Shown piece after piece: positions 26,741 through 40,254 of a DNA stretch of 64,000 bases. Every line of letters begins with the position of its first letter. Position 1 is the stretch's first letter. This DNA comes from Amoebidium appalachense (taxonomy: Eukaryota > Protista > Ichthyosporea), in contig CAVNZM010000012.1 of NCBI GenBank assembly GCA_963693365.1, positions 682,001 through 746,000 of the forward strand, written 5' to 3'. The notes beneath the pieces were generated by a model that had not been told where the DNA came from, ran no database searches, and saw nothing but the letters and a program-made list of their open reading frames with translations. The translations under genes and the position numbers were made by a program.

Positions 26741-27714
26741 TTTGATAAGGTTGTGTGTGTGTGGGGAGGGGAGGGGGATGTGAGGTGGGTCGGTGAGTGA
26801 GTAACACTTTTTTTACTGGGGCGGGGAGAGGAAGAAGGGGGGGGGGGGGGGGGGGGGGATGGCAGTCTGTGCAGTTTGGCATGTAGGTTTGGGTGTGTAT
26901 GCATGGAGGGGGGGGGGGGGGGGGGGGGGGAGGGTGCCTTTGTGTGTGTGTGTGCGTGCGTGAGTCATGGATAATGTCCGGTGGACCTCTCTGCCGACCT
27001 GACCATTTTCTCCCTGCAGGGGACATTACCAAACTTGCCAAGTTCAACAGCCTCAACTACACGGCCTTCGTCAAGATCTTAAAGAAGCACGACAAGGTCA
27101 CAGACTACCGCTTAAAGCACACCTTCCTTGCGCGCCTGACCACCCAGCCCTTCTACAAGGAGACATTCGATGGCATGATTGTTACCCTATCAGCACTCTA
27201 CGAAAAGCTCAAGCCAGCCGACCGTGCAGACAAGAAGGGCACGGTGAACCTGCAGAGTTTTGTGCGTAAGACCACGAAGTACTGGGTGCATGCTGATAAC
27301 ATCACTGCTGTCAAGTGCAGTATGTGTACCCTTCTCCCCCCCGCCCCCCCTCTTGTTCAGGTGTGTTTTGCCTGCCTTTGCACCGCCCGTGATGACGGGT
27401 TTGCCGTGTTCGTTGTCTGATTTCACTGTCGGTTTCTTCACTTTGAACCTCCCACCCCAATTTCCGGATTTGGGGATTTGGGATCTCTATAAGGGTTGGG
27501 TTCGCCCTGAGGTTGGCCGTCTTTTGGGGAGGGGGAGGGGGGGGGGGGGGGAAGGGGGCGGGGGGGGGGGTAGGATTACATCCGGAGTAAGTTACCCGTT
27601 GTGAACCCCACCCATCCAAATACCCATTATTGGCATTGTGTTGTCCATCTTGCATGTGTACCTCATGCTCTTGTGACCCTTTCTAACCACCCCCCCTCCC
27701 CCCCCCCCCCCCCC

Positions 27715-27796
<82 letters not shown>

Positions 27797-28546
27797 CATC
27801 ATGCAGAACCTACCCGTGCTGCTGTTCAAGCGGGACCCCAACTTCTCCCGAGGCTACGATGCCGCCATCTCCTCCATCTACTACGACAACCCCCAGCTGG
27901 ACGTAGGTGCCCACACACACCATGCACACGGGCATACGTGCACACTAATGTATATGCATGCACAGACGTGCACATGTATGTGCATACACATATGTGCAAA
28001 TGTATATGCATACACAGACGTGCAAATGTATATGCATACACAGACGTGCACATGTATGTGCATACACAGATGTGCAAATGTATGTGCATACACATACGAA
28101 ATGTATATGCATACACATATGTGCAAATGTATATGTACACATACGTGCAAATGTATATGCATTCACAGACGTGCAAATGTATATGCATACACAGACGTGC
28201 AAATGTATATGCATACACAGACGTGCAAATGTATATGCATTCACAGACGTGCAAATGTATATGCATACACAGACGTGCAAATGTATATGCATACACAGAC
28301 GTGCAAATGTATATGCATGCACAGACGTGCAAATGTATATGCATACACATACGTGCAAATGTATATGCATACACAGACGTGCACATGTATATGCATACAC
28401 AGACGTGCAAATGTATATGGATACACAGACGTGCACATGTATATGCATACACACACACACACACACACAAATTATTGTTGACCCAAGCAAGTCCAATGGC
28501 ATTATCTCGCCTTTCCTCTGCTTTCTCTCATGACTCGTTGCATTCT

Positions 28547-28594
<48 letters not shown>

Positions 28595-28887
28595 ACACCT
28601 CCTCTCCCCCTCCCCATCTCGTCGCTTCTTTCCCCCTCTTCCCCTCCACCCTCCACCCTCCACCCTGCCTTCCGGATCCGCCTCTCCCCTTCCCCACCTA
28701 TCCCAATTAGCCCCAACCCCCCTCCCCCAGGCGCCCACCTTCCCCCTCACGCTCCCTCCCTCCCAGTATTCTTGTGACTTGTCTAAATTGGCACACCATT
28801 GCCTCTGCTTATGCCGAAAAAGTTTTTTGTACCATGAAGCTTTTGTACATACTGAAACCGTTCCCGCCCCCCCCCCCCCCCCCCATC

Positions 28888-28970
<83 letters not shown>

Positions 28971-29997
28971 CTCTACCACGAGCGTATCGAGAAGGTTGAA
29001 CGTGCGCTTGCACTTCGTCTGCGTTGGTACGGCACACGGCCCAAGGAGGTGTTCGTGGAGAGGAAAACACACCACGAAGACTGGACGGGAGACAAGAGTG
29101 TGAAGGAGCGGTTTAGTCTCAAGGAGAAACACGTCAACTCGTATCTTGCTGGGGAGTTTACGTTGGATCAGAAGGCGGATAAACTGAGAGCACGGGGGAA
29201 GAAGGAGAGCGATATTCAGTACCAGGTGGGTTTGTGGGTGGGTGGGTGTGTGGGTGGGTGTGGTCTCTCTCTCGCTCTCTGTCTGTGTGTGTGTGCCTGT
29301 TCTTTTTGTGTTATGGTTGCAACGTGTGTAATGGACATTTTTTACCCTTCTCTCCTCCCCCCCCCCCCCCCCCTCCTCCCCCTCCGCTATCAAAGGTGCT
29401 TTGCAAGTTGTGTATGCCTGTGCACGCTCTTCACCGGTGGTTGTATGGGGGTAGCAAATTAGAACGTGCTGGGGTGTGCACGTGCAAATGGGCCCCAAGC
29501 TTATTCCGTTGTATGTCTGGAAGCAAATAGTTCGTCTCTTCTCCTCTCTCACCGTCCTGTCCCCTTTTGTCGATTCCAAGTCAAGACCCTTTCCTTTTTT
29601 CCCGGTTTGATGAGCCAAAAAAACATTGTTTACGAGATTTAGTTTGATTGGTCCATTAAACCCCTCACTCTTTAACTTTAAATGCTGACCAATGGTCCTG
29701 CAGCTCAACCTAGCCAGTGAGATCCAGGGGCAGATCAAGAAGTACGGCCTGCAGCCCTGTGTGCGCACATTCTACAACCGCACAGCCTTCCAGCACCCCA
29801 CATCTCAGGCCGTGCGTATCCCCCCCCCCCCCCCACCTCCCTCCCCCCTCTTTTCCCCTTTGGAATTCCACACTAGACTCACAAAAACAAGAAATAACTC
29901 GCTGACACTGCACGTCCGAACTCTCTTGGAACACGTTTTCGACTCGACTTCATATGTTCGTGTCGGCCAACCCCCCCCCCCCCCCCCCCCCCCCCCC

Positions 29998-30084
<87 letters not shown>

Positions 30085-30249
30085 ACACAATCCTTCTGAT
30101 CGGATGTCATGTGCCTTTGTGTTAGAGGCTTTTAAGCACAGTAGGTCCAGGAGCCGGCTGGCCACTACATGGGTTTCTAATCTAGGTTGCTCTCACTCAT
30201 CCACGTGCACACACACATGGGATACGCACATGTACACACTCCGAGGCAT

Positions 30250-30283
<34 letters not shown>

Positions 30284-30860
30284 ACGTATCTCGCTGGACA
30301 CTGAGCTTACGATGATCCGAGAGATGGAGCGATGCAACGGCAATTGGTTCCGCTCCGAGGTCGGTGTTGATTGGCCATTCGACTACCTCCCAGCCAATGA
30401 AATCACCCGCTTCCCATATGCAATTCTCGAGGTGAAACTTTCAACGGCCGCGGGTGAAAAACCCCCCCAGTGGATCATGGATCTTATTGACAGCCACCTG
30501 GTGGAGGTGGTGCCCAAATTTAGCAAGTTCATCCACGGCTGTGCCACGCTGCTGGAAGAGAGGGTGCGCCTGCTGCCCTTCTGGCTGCCCCAAATGGAAA
30601 AGGTGTGTGTGTATGTGTTGGACCCCCCCCCCCCCCCCCTCCCCCCTCCCTCCCCTCCCCCCCCCCTTCCGGGTGGCACCTGTCCTTTTCCGGATCCCCA
30701 AACGTGCTTTCTTAGACTGCTGGCTTGCTGAACTTTAAACCGAATGCACACATAAGAAATTCGGTTTTGTGTTATTTAGTCGGCATCCGGTTTGTGGGAG
30801 CTGTTGTCTTACCGCGACTGTTTGTGGTGCCGGTGTTTTTACACAACTTCACACTTCTCC

Positions 30861-30895
<35 letters not shown>

Positions 30896-30928
30896 ACCCA
30901 CCCACCCCCCACCACCCACCCACCCACC

Positions 30929-30978
<50 letters not shown>

Positions 30979-31277
30979 ACATCCGCAAGCCGGCCAAGCC
31001 CGGGTTCCCGCTAGCGGACATTGTTCCCACAACCGTGCCGGCCATCACCCAGGGGCAGGGCTACAGCGCCATCCACATGAACGGCATAGAACTTGAAGAT
31101 GATAATGAGCCAATGGAACACGAGGAGGCCACGGAGAGCACGTCACTGCTGGGCAAGAAGCCACGGAGGGATGGACGGTCGAATGCATCATCACCTACAT
31201 CGTTCAGATCCAGAGGGGTACGTGTTTTTTGTGTGTTTGAGTAGGGGAGTGATGGTCAATTTTGGGGAGGAGGGGAT

Positions 31278-31311
<34 letters not shown>

Positions 31312-31372
31312 ATTTGGGGGAGGAGGGGATGAGGGGGAAGAGGATTTCTGGTGTGGATGTATCTGTGTGAGC

Positions 31373-31410
<38 letters not shown>

Positions 31411-32158
31411 ATGTTCATAGCCCCCCCCTCACTCACCGCGCTTCCGCCCACTATCCTTCTGAGGTTGGTTCGATCATTCTGGTCAATTTTCAACTATTTT
31501 TCTCGATGACCCTCTCACCGTCATAACATTCCATTTTGTTTTCCCTCGTTTTACAACATCAATGCAACTTCTTCTGTCTACCCCGAACTCTGAAGATGCA
31601 TGTCGTGATCGAAGGACTGATCCCCCCCTCCCCCCTCCCTCCCCCTCCTCTCTCTCTCTCTCTCCCCCTTACCCCTCCCCCCCCCCCCCCTCCCCTTCTA
31701 TCCCCTTCCCAACAAAAAAACATGCACACACACACACACACACACAGTCACACGCAAGGCCGCAACCACCCTCGCGTCAAACGAAACCCATTGCGCTCCC
31801 CGTGCGTGTGGAGCCCAAGGTGTTCTTTGCAAACGAGCGCACGTTCCTCAACTGGCTACACACTGCCGTCCTTATCTCCACCATCGGTCTCGCGCTTCTT
31901 AACCTCGCACCGGAATCGAAGGGTGCAAAGGCGTCGCGCATCGCCGGACTTACTCTGATTCCCGTAGCAATCATGTTTCTGGTTTACGCCCTCTACACTT
32001 ACTTCTGGCGTGATCGTAAGATCAAGACGCGCGATCCGGAGCCGTACAACACGATTGTCGGGCCGATTGCAATCACGTGTGTGTTTTTGGGCGCAATGGT
32101 AATCAACTACATTGCGTGGTTCTTGGAGAACGGCGCAGATGTGTCAAAGTGGGATTAA
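24089..32158 (+). CDS. VTC4: Vacuolar transporter chaperone 4 (polyphosphate polymerase; SPX-VTC-DUF202); exons 24089-24256, 26069-~26208, ~27020-27319, 27796-27902, 28971-29225, 29704-29811, 30282-30602, 30978-31217, 31748-32158
   Basis: SPX (MKFGK...FIDYSGLK; [15 protein letters not shown]), VTC catalytic motifs ([78 protein letters not shown]) and TM domain ([17 protein letters not shown]). One junction has a 1-nt phase ambiguity. Confidence 0.96.
27948..28452 (+). repeat. 26-bp minisatellite, about 19 copies, in VTC4 intron 4
   Basis: Unit acgtgcaaatgtatatgcatacacag repeated head-to-tail with point variants and no spacers. Confidence 0.93.
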
Positions 32159-32577
32159 TGGGTGTCGACGCGGAGGTTGGTGGAACGGAAAAAAGATTGG
32201 TCTTCTATTCTTAACGATTAGCAAGTTAAACGGTAAAAAAAAATTCTTTTGACTCGGGTTTATTGATCCGTTGATGAGGGCAACATGCAGCCACAGGCAC
32301 CATAACCACCAGTAGAACTGAAAAAGCCAAAGCTGCGAAATAAAAATAAAGCGACAAGTGACAAAGGACACCAGCGGGCAAAACCTTAAGGGTACGTGGT
32401 AAAAATTAGAGGTGTTTCACTTTGCTCTCATTTGTCGGCGAGAAACGGTTGTGGTTGGCGCATTGAGCGGTTCCAAGATGTACGATGTATGGGGGAATGT
32501 GGTGATTGTGAGATATTGATTGATCGATCTGGGTTGGTTTGCTGTTTGTTTGATTGCTTTTTTTTGTCCGGGGGAAT

Positions 32578-32642
<65 letters not shown>

Positions 32643-32870
32643 CTCAATACGGGGAGGGGGGGGGGGGGTTTGGTGAGGGGCAATTAAAGATAAAGGTTAA
32701 CGTTCTTGATCGGATAAAGTAAATGACACATTCTGCTGTTGTTATTGTATATACTATGGGAGTTCGTGTGTGGAGAGAGGGGAGGTCTCGTGTGGTTGAT
32801 AGCTAAACGGCACGTGTCACGGTATAGGTGGTATATTTAAGTTTGTGCTAGCTGTATACATACGAAATTC

Positions 32871-33107
32871 TTTTTTTTTTTAATAATGACTTCATTGATA
32901 TGCTCAGCAAAATAGAAGCCATCGAGATATCACCGATATCTCGGAGAAGAAAATACAAAAGCCCTCATTCTCGGATACGGAGGAGATAACGACTTAAATA
33001 ATCATACACCCTAGAAAACTCACTAAACATACCGTGGTTCAACAGATAGTCAATAGACGTAATAGCAGGATTATCTAAATAAGCCAGTCTTCTAATTTCT
33101 AAAGGAA
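32871..33107 (-). mobile_element. 5'-truncated LINE 3' fragment with poly(A) tail
   Basis: Encodes PLEIRRLAYLDNPAITSIDYLLNHGMFSEFSRVYDYLSRYLLRIRE*, nearly the same as 12521-12661. A T-run at 32871-32881 is the tail. Confidence 0.85.
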
Positions 33108-33467
33108 TAGCAAACGTGTATTGCCCTTGGGTGGCTGGTGCGTAGATATAGTCTGCATGTCGATGAGTGTAACACAGCCAGATGTGGTATTGTTGGGCTT
33201 CAGATGAAATTTGTACATATACATACGCATTGCAGACCTCCGTCCATATACGCATTGCAGATCCGTGCATACAAGTAGGTCTGTGCGCCGGCTGTCGCCG
33301 GCGCCAAAACATAACGAGACAGTTATTGATGTTGGGTTGTGTGGTTGTTACCTCCCCTCTCCCCTCCCCCCCCGGCCCCCCCCCCCTCCCACACTCGCCC
33401 TCACGCTTCCCCCCCCCCCCCCCCCCCCCCCCCCTGGCCCCCCCGCCTCACGCTCCCTCCTCCCCCC

Positions 33468-33498
<31 letters not shown>

Positions 33499-33921
33499 AA
33501 CCCCCTCTCCCCCCCCCCCCCCCTTCTTGCCACACTGTGTTATCAGTCTAGGGCCGGGAGAGATTGCCATTGCCGAAGTACCAAGTTTACTTGTGGTCCT
33601 CCAAAAACATGTAGCTGAAAACCACCAAGTGCAATATGTTCTAAATTGCTTGCAAAAAATTTATAATATTTTTATTATTTTGTTGTTTTACTTATTTTAC
33701 AGAACTGTTAAACTTTGGTAACCCGATGATATGCATGGACAGGCAATAAAACTTTCCACGTGCACTGAGTGCCAGGTGGGCAACATATTTCAGTGAAGTC
33801 TGGAATTGGCACCCCCCCGAAATGTTCCCGAACATAAAATCATCATTCTACGGTGTGTGTCAATATACCATGCTCACAAGTCAGTACTGCAATTATACTA
33901 TTCTCAGTTTACTTCAAAGCA

Positions 33922-33971
<50 letters not shown>

Positions 33972-34462
33972 CCCCATGGCATTCCCTGCCCCCCAAAAAA
34001 AATTTTTATGCTTTTCATACTCAGTGACTGCAATCATGGCACCCGTGTTTTCTAGATATATTTCCTTTCATTGTGTTCAACGTCTATGTGTGTGTGTGTG
34101 TGTGTGTGCATGTTTGTGTGTGTGTGAATGTGTGTGTGTGGGCCAAGTGAAGGTTGTATGCGCTTTTTTCTTCTTAGTTGTTTTTGTATTCTATTCGATT
34201 ATTACTTTGTGTGTAAATGTGGAAAAAAAACAAATAAAAAAACAACGACCACCGCCCAGCTTGAATCACCCTAGCTCTAGTGTAAAACAATAATCATTAT
34301 CAGTCACAAACCCTTCTACTACACTCGCCCCAAATGTCATATTCACATTACTGAGTTGATTTAGTTGTGTTTTTTACTCTATTTTTTTCAACAACTGTCT
34401 GCTATTAAACAGTAAAATGTACATCTGTTTGTGTGTGTGTGTGTGTGTGTGTGCCACAGGCC

Positions 34463-34507
<45 letters not shown>

Positions 34508-34631
34508 ATATAGAATTTACCGTCCTCATCCCCGTGTCCCCCTAAACCGGTGTTAGCGGACCTTTGAGGTTTTTGTGATTGGATTGGTAGTTCTATTACA
34601 TTAAATTTTTCAAAATGTCGTTGTACCAATG

Positions 34632-35392
34632 ATATAATACGTTGTAAAACAAATGTCGCCGAATTTCTCTAAAAAAAGTGCGTTCCATTCTTGGTTAGAA
34701 ACCCAAACCGTTTTGATACGGGAATCACCTGATCTCTGCCGTCATTCAGCCCAGCGCGTTCACAGTGAATCCGAAACCGCTGGTTTTTTTCTTTTTATTT
34801 CAAAGCCCCGAGTACGTACATCCTCTCGGGCCCAACTTTACGGCACTATATTTCAATTTTCTCATTATCAAATATATAGTTATTTTAGGCTTTTTAATTA
34901 GTATCGCAAGAATATTTAGCGATTTTGATGTCATAAAAACAACTAAGCAACGTTTCGATGGTTTTTGATGCCTCACAAAATGGCCTTAGGTCCCCTCCAA
35001 ATTCCGGATTTGAGGTCCGGCAGTAAAAAAGGTGCGTTCCATTCTGGGTTAGAAACGAAAACCGTTTTGATACGGGAATCACCTGATCTCTGCCGTCATT
35101 CAGCCCAGCGCGTTCACAGTAGACTCCGAAACCGCTGGTTTTTTTCTTTTTATTTCAAAGCCCCGAGTACGTACATCCTCTCGGGCCCAACTTTACGGCA
35201 CTATATTTCAATTTTCTCATTATCAAATATATAGTTATTTTAGGCTTTTTCATTAGTATCGCAAGAATATTTAGCGATTTTGATGTCATAAAAACAACTA
35301 AGCAACGTTTCGATGGTTTTTGATGCCTCACAAAATGGCCTTAGGTCCCCTCCAAATTCCGGATTTGAGGTCCGGCAAACAACGCATTATAT
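34632..35392. repeat. ~355-bp near-perfect tandem duplication (34672-35022 / 35025-35377) bounded by 14-bp inverted repeats; possible non-autonomous DNA element
   Basis: The two units differ by a few substitutions and one indel. atataatacgttgt (34632) and acaacgcattatat (35379) are 13/14 complementary. Confidence 0.8.
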
Positions 35393-36817
35393 ATATTGTT
35401 AATATGTGAACAAGCTTAATTAAGTAAAGCTTTTCGAAGAAACGCACGATCGGCGTGTGTGCAGTTTTAAGTCATCTTAAATTGCAAAGGTGCTTGATAT
35501 ATTATATAAGATTTACGCAGCTATGGTTATTCTTTATGTCTTTGCGAATTCGACACAGAATTTCAGCGAGGATTCCGGCTGCTACGCGCATCCAGTGCAT
35601 GCATGCATGATAAGATTGCCATCCATGGTGATGGCCATGATGGCCATGTGCCGATGCATACGGCGGTTTCAAATGTGGCCACATGTGCCGATGGCAGTTT
35701 CAATTGTACAGCACTGTGACTCAGCATATGCGGAAAGTGAACTCTCCATAACCTCCATGCACATGCACGTGAGTTGGATCCATATTGTATTCAGTGCACG
35801 TGGGTACACATTACCGAGCTCCCTGTATTAGTGTAAACAATGTACATTTGAGTGAATGAGTGAACCAATCAGAAGGTAGTTGCCCGTTTGGCGGGCTTCT
35901 CGGAAAGGAGCCAAGTCAGTCGGTTTTAGCCGGCGTCACCCGTCCGTGCGTGACTTTTACACGATCCTATTAGCTAAATATCATGCATGGGCAAACGTAG
36001 TATAGTGTAGCAGCTGTATAAGTAATGGTGACACAGATGGGGAAAACACTTACGTATGTGATGCAATTTCGATTTACGACTTTTCTTGATTTCTAATTAG
36101 TGGGTTTGTACATTATTTAAAGTGCCAAAGACCATTTTGTGGTTAGGAAAAAAGATCTTTGAAACAGAAGCTAATAGTTGCTTTGGATACATTTAGGGGT
36201 ACTTATACCTGAGGTATATACCACCTCAACCCGACCCGTGAGAGGAGGCGCGGACACATGCATATGCCCAGCATAAGCGACTGCTATTGCCAGTGGTAAA
36301 GCAGAAAACTTCTCTGGTAAAATGCAGCAATTTTCAGACGTGTAGCAGATGATACTTCTTTGCCCCTGTGTAATAAAGCCTGCTATGCTGCGCTGTGACC
36401 TACGTGCGACCCGTTGACATCAACCGAAAAAAGTTTGCCCAGGCACATGGGTTTTTACTATAATTTGCTAAAGCTAATCAGCATCTGTATATAGTTATAA
36501 TGCTGCATTAACGCATCTAATAGCGAATCTAGCGCTGTAAATCATGCATTATAAAATATCTCTTTGCACCCATAGGCTCATCCAGGTCAGGCAGCAGAGC
36601 GAAGCAAAACGGCAAAAGGACGTTTGGGCCTTACCGACCGTGACAACAGTCCAACCGCCTCCAGTCTCCTCCAACGGTCTCACACATTCGTTTTTCAGAA
36701 AGTTGCGTGCTGGTAAAGGGCTTCTTGCAACTTGTACAAGTTGACTTTACTTACATCTTGTTTTCTTGCGTATACACTTAGGCATAGCAGCCTAGAGAAA
36801 TTTTTTGTGTTGTCAAC

Positions 36818-37144
36818 ATGGCTCCCCCACGGCGCAACACGGCGCAACAAGACAGCAGCGACGAGGAAGAAGACATCGAGGATGACGAGACCTACGAGCC
36901 CATCAACAAACATGCACCCCCCATCACTTACAATAACCTGGCCGAAGAGATCACGGCTGCTATTCGGGCGGCAGAGTCGGCAGCTGCAAAGGCTACCTCT
37001 CTTGCCTTGTCGGCCAGTATGAAACCGGCGTTCTCATTCAACCCGGCTATGCCCCCACCTCTTCCCCCAGGTGTGTTTGTGGACTACTTGTTTGGTTGTG
37101 TGTGTGTTTTGTGTGTGTGTATGCATCTTTGTCTGTGGGCTCGC

Positions 37145-37184
<40 letters not shown>

Positions 37185-39757
37185 CTGTGTGCTGTGGGTG
37201 TATTCATGTACTTGGCAGGCTTTCGGTCATTCCCTTCTCACTAGACTAATACGCCACCCAACTTAGGGATGCTTGAAGAAATTGTTGAGCACGAAACACT
37301 CCCCTTGCTGTTTGTGGGCTTTCCAACACACTAGCATTACTTAGCTCTTCCTTGTGCTGTCTTTGCTACTAGTTTCCACGATACATTTTCACCTACAAAA
37401 GGCGTTGCTTGACAAATACTTCAGTGGTAGCTAGCTGTGATGCAGGAACTCTGCATCCAACTGGTCCTTTTGGGTGTGGTATGATAATGGGTTCTTATAA
37501 CGGTTTGCATGTGTGCTCTTTCCGTTTTTTGTTTGAATAGGAAAACGTCTATTTTTACTTTGGTAGGAGAGAACGTTGTTGGGGACGAGGGACGGATTGC
37601 TGACAGAGGGAATTGATGGTTGTGGGGGAAGGAGGTAGGGCAGGGTGATGCTTGAGAGAGAGGCACGTTGGAGAGAGGCGATTCAAGATTTACTACTACC
37701 CTTCTAGGAAACACACTTGACAAAGGCTCACAGTGCAAATGCACAACGAGAGAGACAATTGCTCATACACGCAAATACACATGCACGCACATGGACACCT
37801 ACATACCAAATACAACTTGCAACCGTGAGCAGCTGTGTTGGAGATTCCCTCTCGATGTTGAGAATCTTGATTCGGCTATTTTGGGGCTACCGGGTTTTGG
37901 CCTGGTGTGGTGTCTGTGCTTTTGTTTCACACCTCGTATGAAGGGGTTGCTGTAGTTCAGCGTATTTTGGTCTCTTGGGTAAATTTTTTTAAGTGTGTGT
38001 ATAATGATAACTATATCCACATTTGTTCTGTTTCTTATTTGCTTATTGGGTTTTCCGGGAGGGGGAGGTGGGGGGCATGATGCCAAGACAGGCCAGACTC
38101 AGGGACTTAGTTATTGTAAAAGGAGAGAGAGTGGGAGGGGGGAATGGATACAATGGTCTTTCCCGTTGTTCTTGTTTTTTACCGGTTCATACCCCCACTG
38201 CTCTCCCTTTTTTTCCTCACTGTCTTGCTTGCGCCTTGTCGTATCGTACACAGTCCAAATTATTGCCTCGGTCCTTTACCCTTTCCCTCGTATCTTTGTC
38301 TCGCTTCGGATCATTTCTTTCCCCTCCCCCCAACCCCTCCTCCTCCTCCTCCTCCTCCTCCTCGTCCGGCCCCGGTCTTTTGTTCCTCCTTGAGCTGCTT
38401 ATCTATTTTATGTTTCGAGTCCTCTTCAAGATAAAAGCACGTGCACATTCATGCGATACACACTGCCCAATCCATTCTTGTCTCTTTTTTTTGACGACCT
38501 AGCCCACAACTAGGTTCGTTTAAATCTCTTCTATGCCATTGCTTTGGGGCTCTACACATCCTTTCATTTCTTGTCATTCCCATCGGTTTTTCTTTTCTCA
38601 CCAACACATGCCCACACACACACACACACATAGGGCCTGACGGACAGCCGTACAACGAGCACTGTGCGCGATGCCACTCCCTTCACCTCCAGAACACCAA
38701 GCTTGGAGTGAACATGCAGAACTTCAGGGCCATGTACACAAACCTGCACAGAGACTACATGCAACTCTACTCGGCACACAACGAGCTGGCTGAACAGAAC
38801 TCTACGCTTGTAAAGACGAATGCTATGCTTGAGGAGCAGGTATATACGTGTGTGTGTGTGTGTGTGTGTGTTTGTGGTGGGGGGGGTCTTTGCTTGTGGT
38901 GGGGGGGTGATAGACAAGGTGGTGGGAGTTGAAATGGTTGGTTGGGGGATGGAGACGGGTTAGAGTGTGTGTGGTGCGGGGACACATGTGCTGTGTATCT
39001 AATTCATTCTTCCCTCTTCTTTCTTTCACCAATCTTTGAATGAGTGTGTTCGTGCTTGTGCGTGTGCGTGTTTTTTCTTTTGGGGGGGGGGGGGGGGGGG
39101 GGGGGGCGAAGAACAAATTTCTGGGCACGCAAAGCCAAGATATACACGTCATAATGAGCACCTATACATACACCACATCATAATGAAGCACATAAGCATT
39201 GAATGCTTAACAGTGACATACGCAGACCTACAGCACGTACTTGTGAAGCTATATTCATTACAGTGCTTGCACCGTCTTTCTGCACCAATCAGATTTTTGC
39301 AATCACATGATTGGCTGGTATGGGAAGTCTATATAGGAATCGTTTGCTTCGCTCAAAAAGTGATTTTAGAGTTAAACCGCCAGCCAATCACATCGCGTAG
39401 GCCTGCCTTGCTCCGATTGGTGCAGAAAGACGGTGCAAGCACTGTATATGTTTCCACACCACGCGTCACCAAACTCACACGTATGTTTCCTCAGGCCAAG
39501 CACCTCAAGAAGGTGAGTGAGAAGGAGGAGGCCATTCTCAATGCGCTGAGGTCCTTCCGCAAGCAGCGCAAGTTGATCCGCAAGGAGAAGGGCAGGAGAG
39601 ACAGGGCCAGCCAGGCACAGAGGGTGCTGACGTCATTCATGGAGAAGGCCCTGCCTGATGACGTAAAGATCAGACAGGTGCGTGGGGGTGTGGGTGTGTG
39701 TGTGGGGAAAGGAGGGGGGTCTCATAGGGTGTGTGGGTGGATGCAGATTGTGGGCGT

Positions 39758-39789
<32 letters not shown>

Positions 39790-39863
39790 CTCGAACAAGT
39801 CTGACTCTGTGCGAAAGGAAGACAGGGAACGGGTGGTCTGCTGTGTTATGGAAGGTCCTTTCC

Positions 39864-39901
<38 letters not shown>

Positions 39902-40138
39902 TGGGTGGGGGGGGGGGGGGGGGGGGGGGGGGGGGGCTGTGTGCTGTTTTTTGGAAGGGAGGTGCTGGTGTGTTTGGGATAATTCTGACTGGGTGTGAGC
40001 AGATTGACTTCACGGTGGAATACAAGAGAGACAGTGGGGAGAGTGTCAACGACATCTACACGCTGCGTGACGGCAAGAGAACAAAGATCAAGAACGAGAG
40101 GGAGAGCGCAAGAATCCTGGGTCTCAAGGAGCCCGGGT

Positions 40139-40178
<40 letters not shown>

Positions 40179-40217
40179 CGTGTTGCAATGGTTGTTGTCA
40201 TACCCTCCCCACCACCA

Positions 40218-40254
<37 letters not shown>

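Noticed and set aside
27948-28452. CRISPR-like array or Cys/His-rich protein
   Set aside because: Units are contiguous with no unique spacers and lie inside a VTC4 intron. The ORFs are open in all frames simply because the unit lacks stops.
13426-32158. Phosphate-metabolism gene cluster (PSPH + VTC4)
   Set aside because: Different pathways, separated by another gene; adjacency alone is not evidence.
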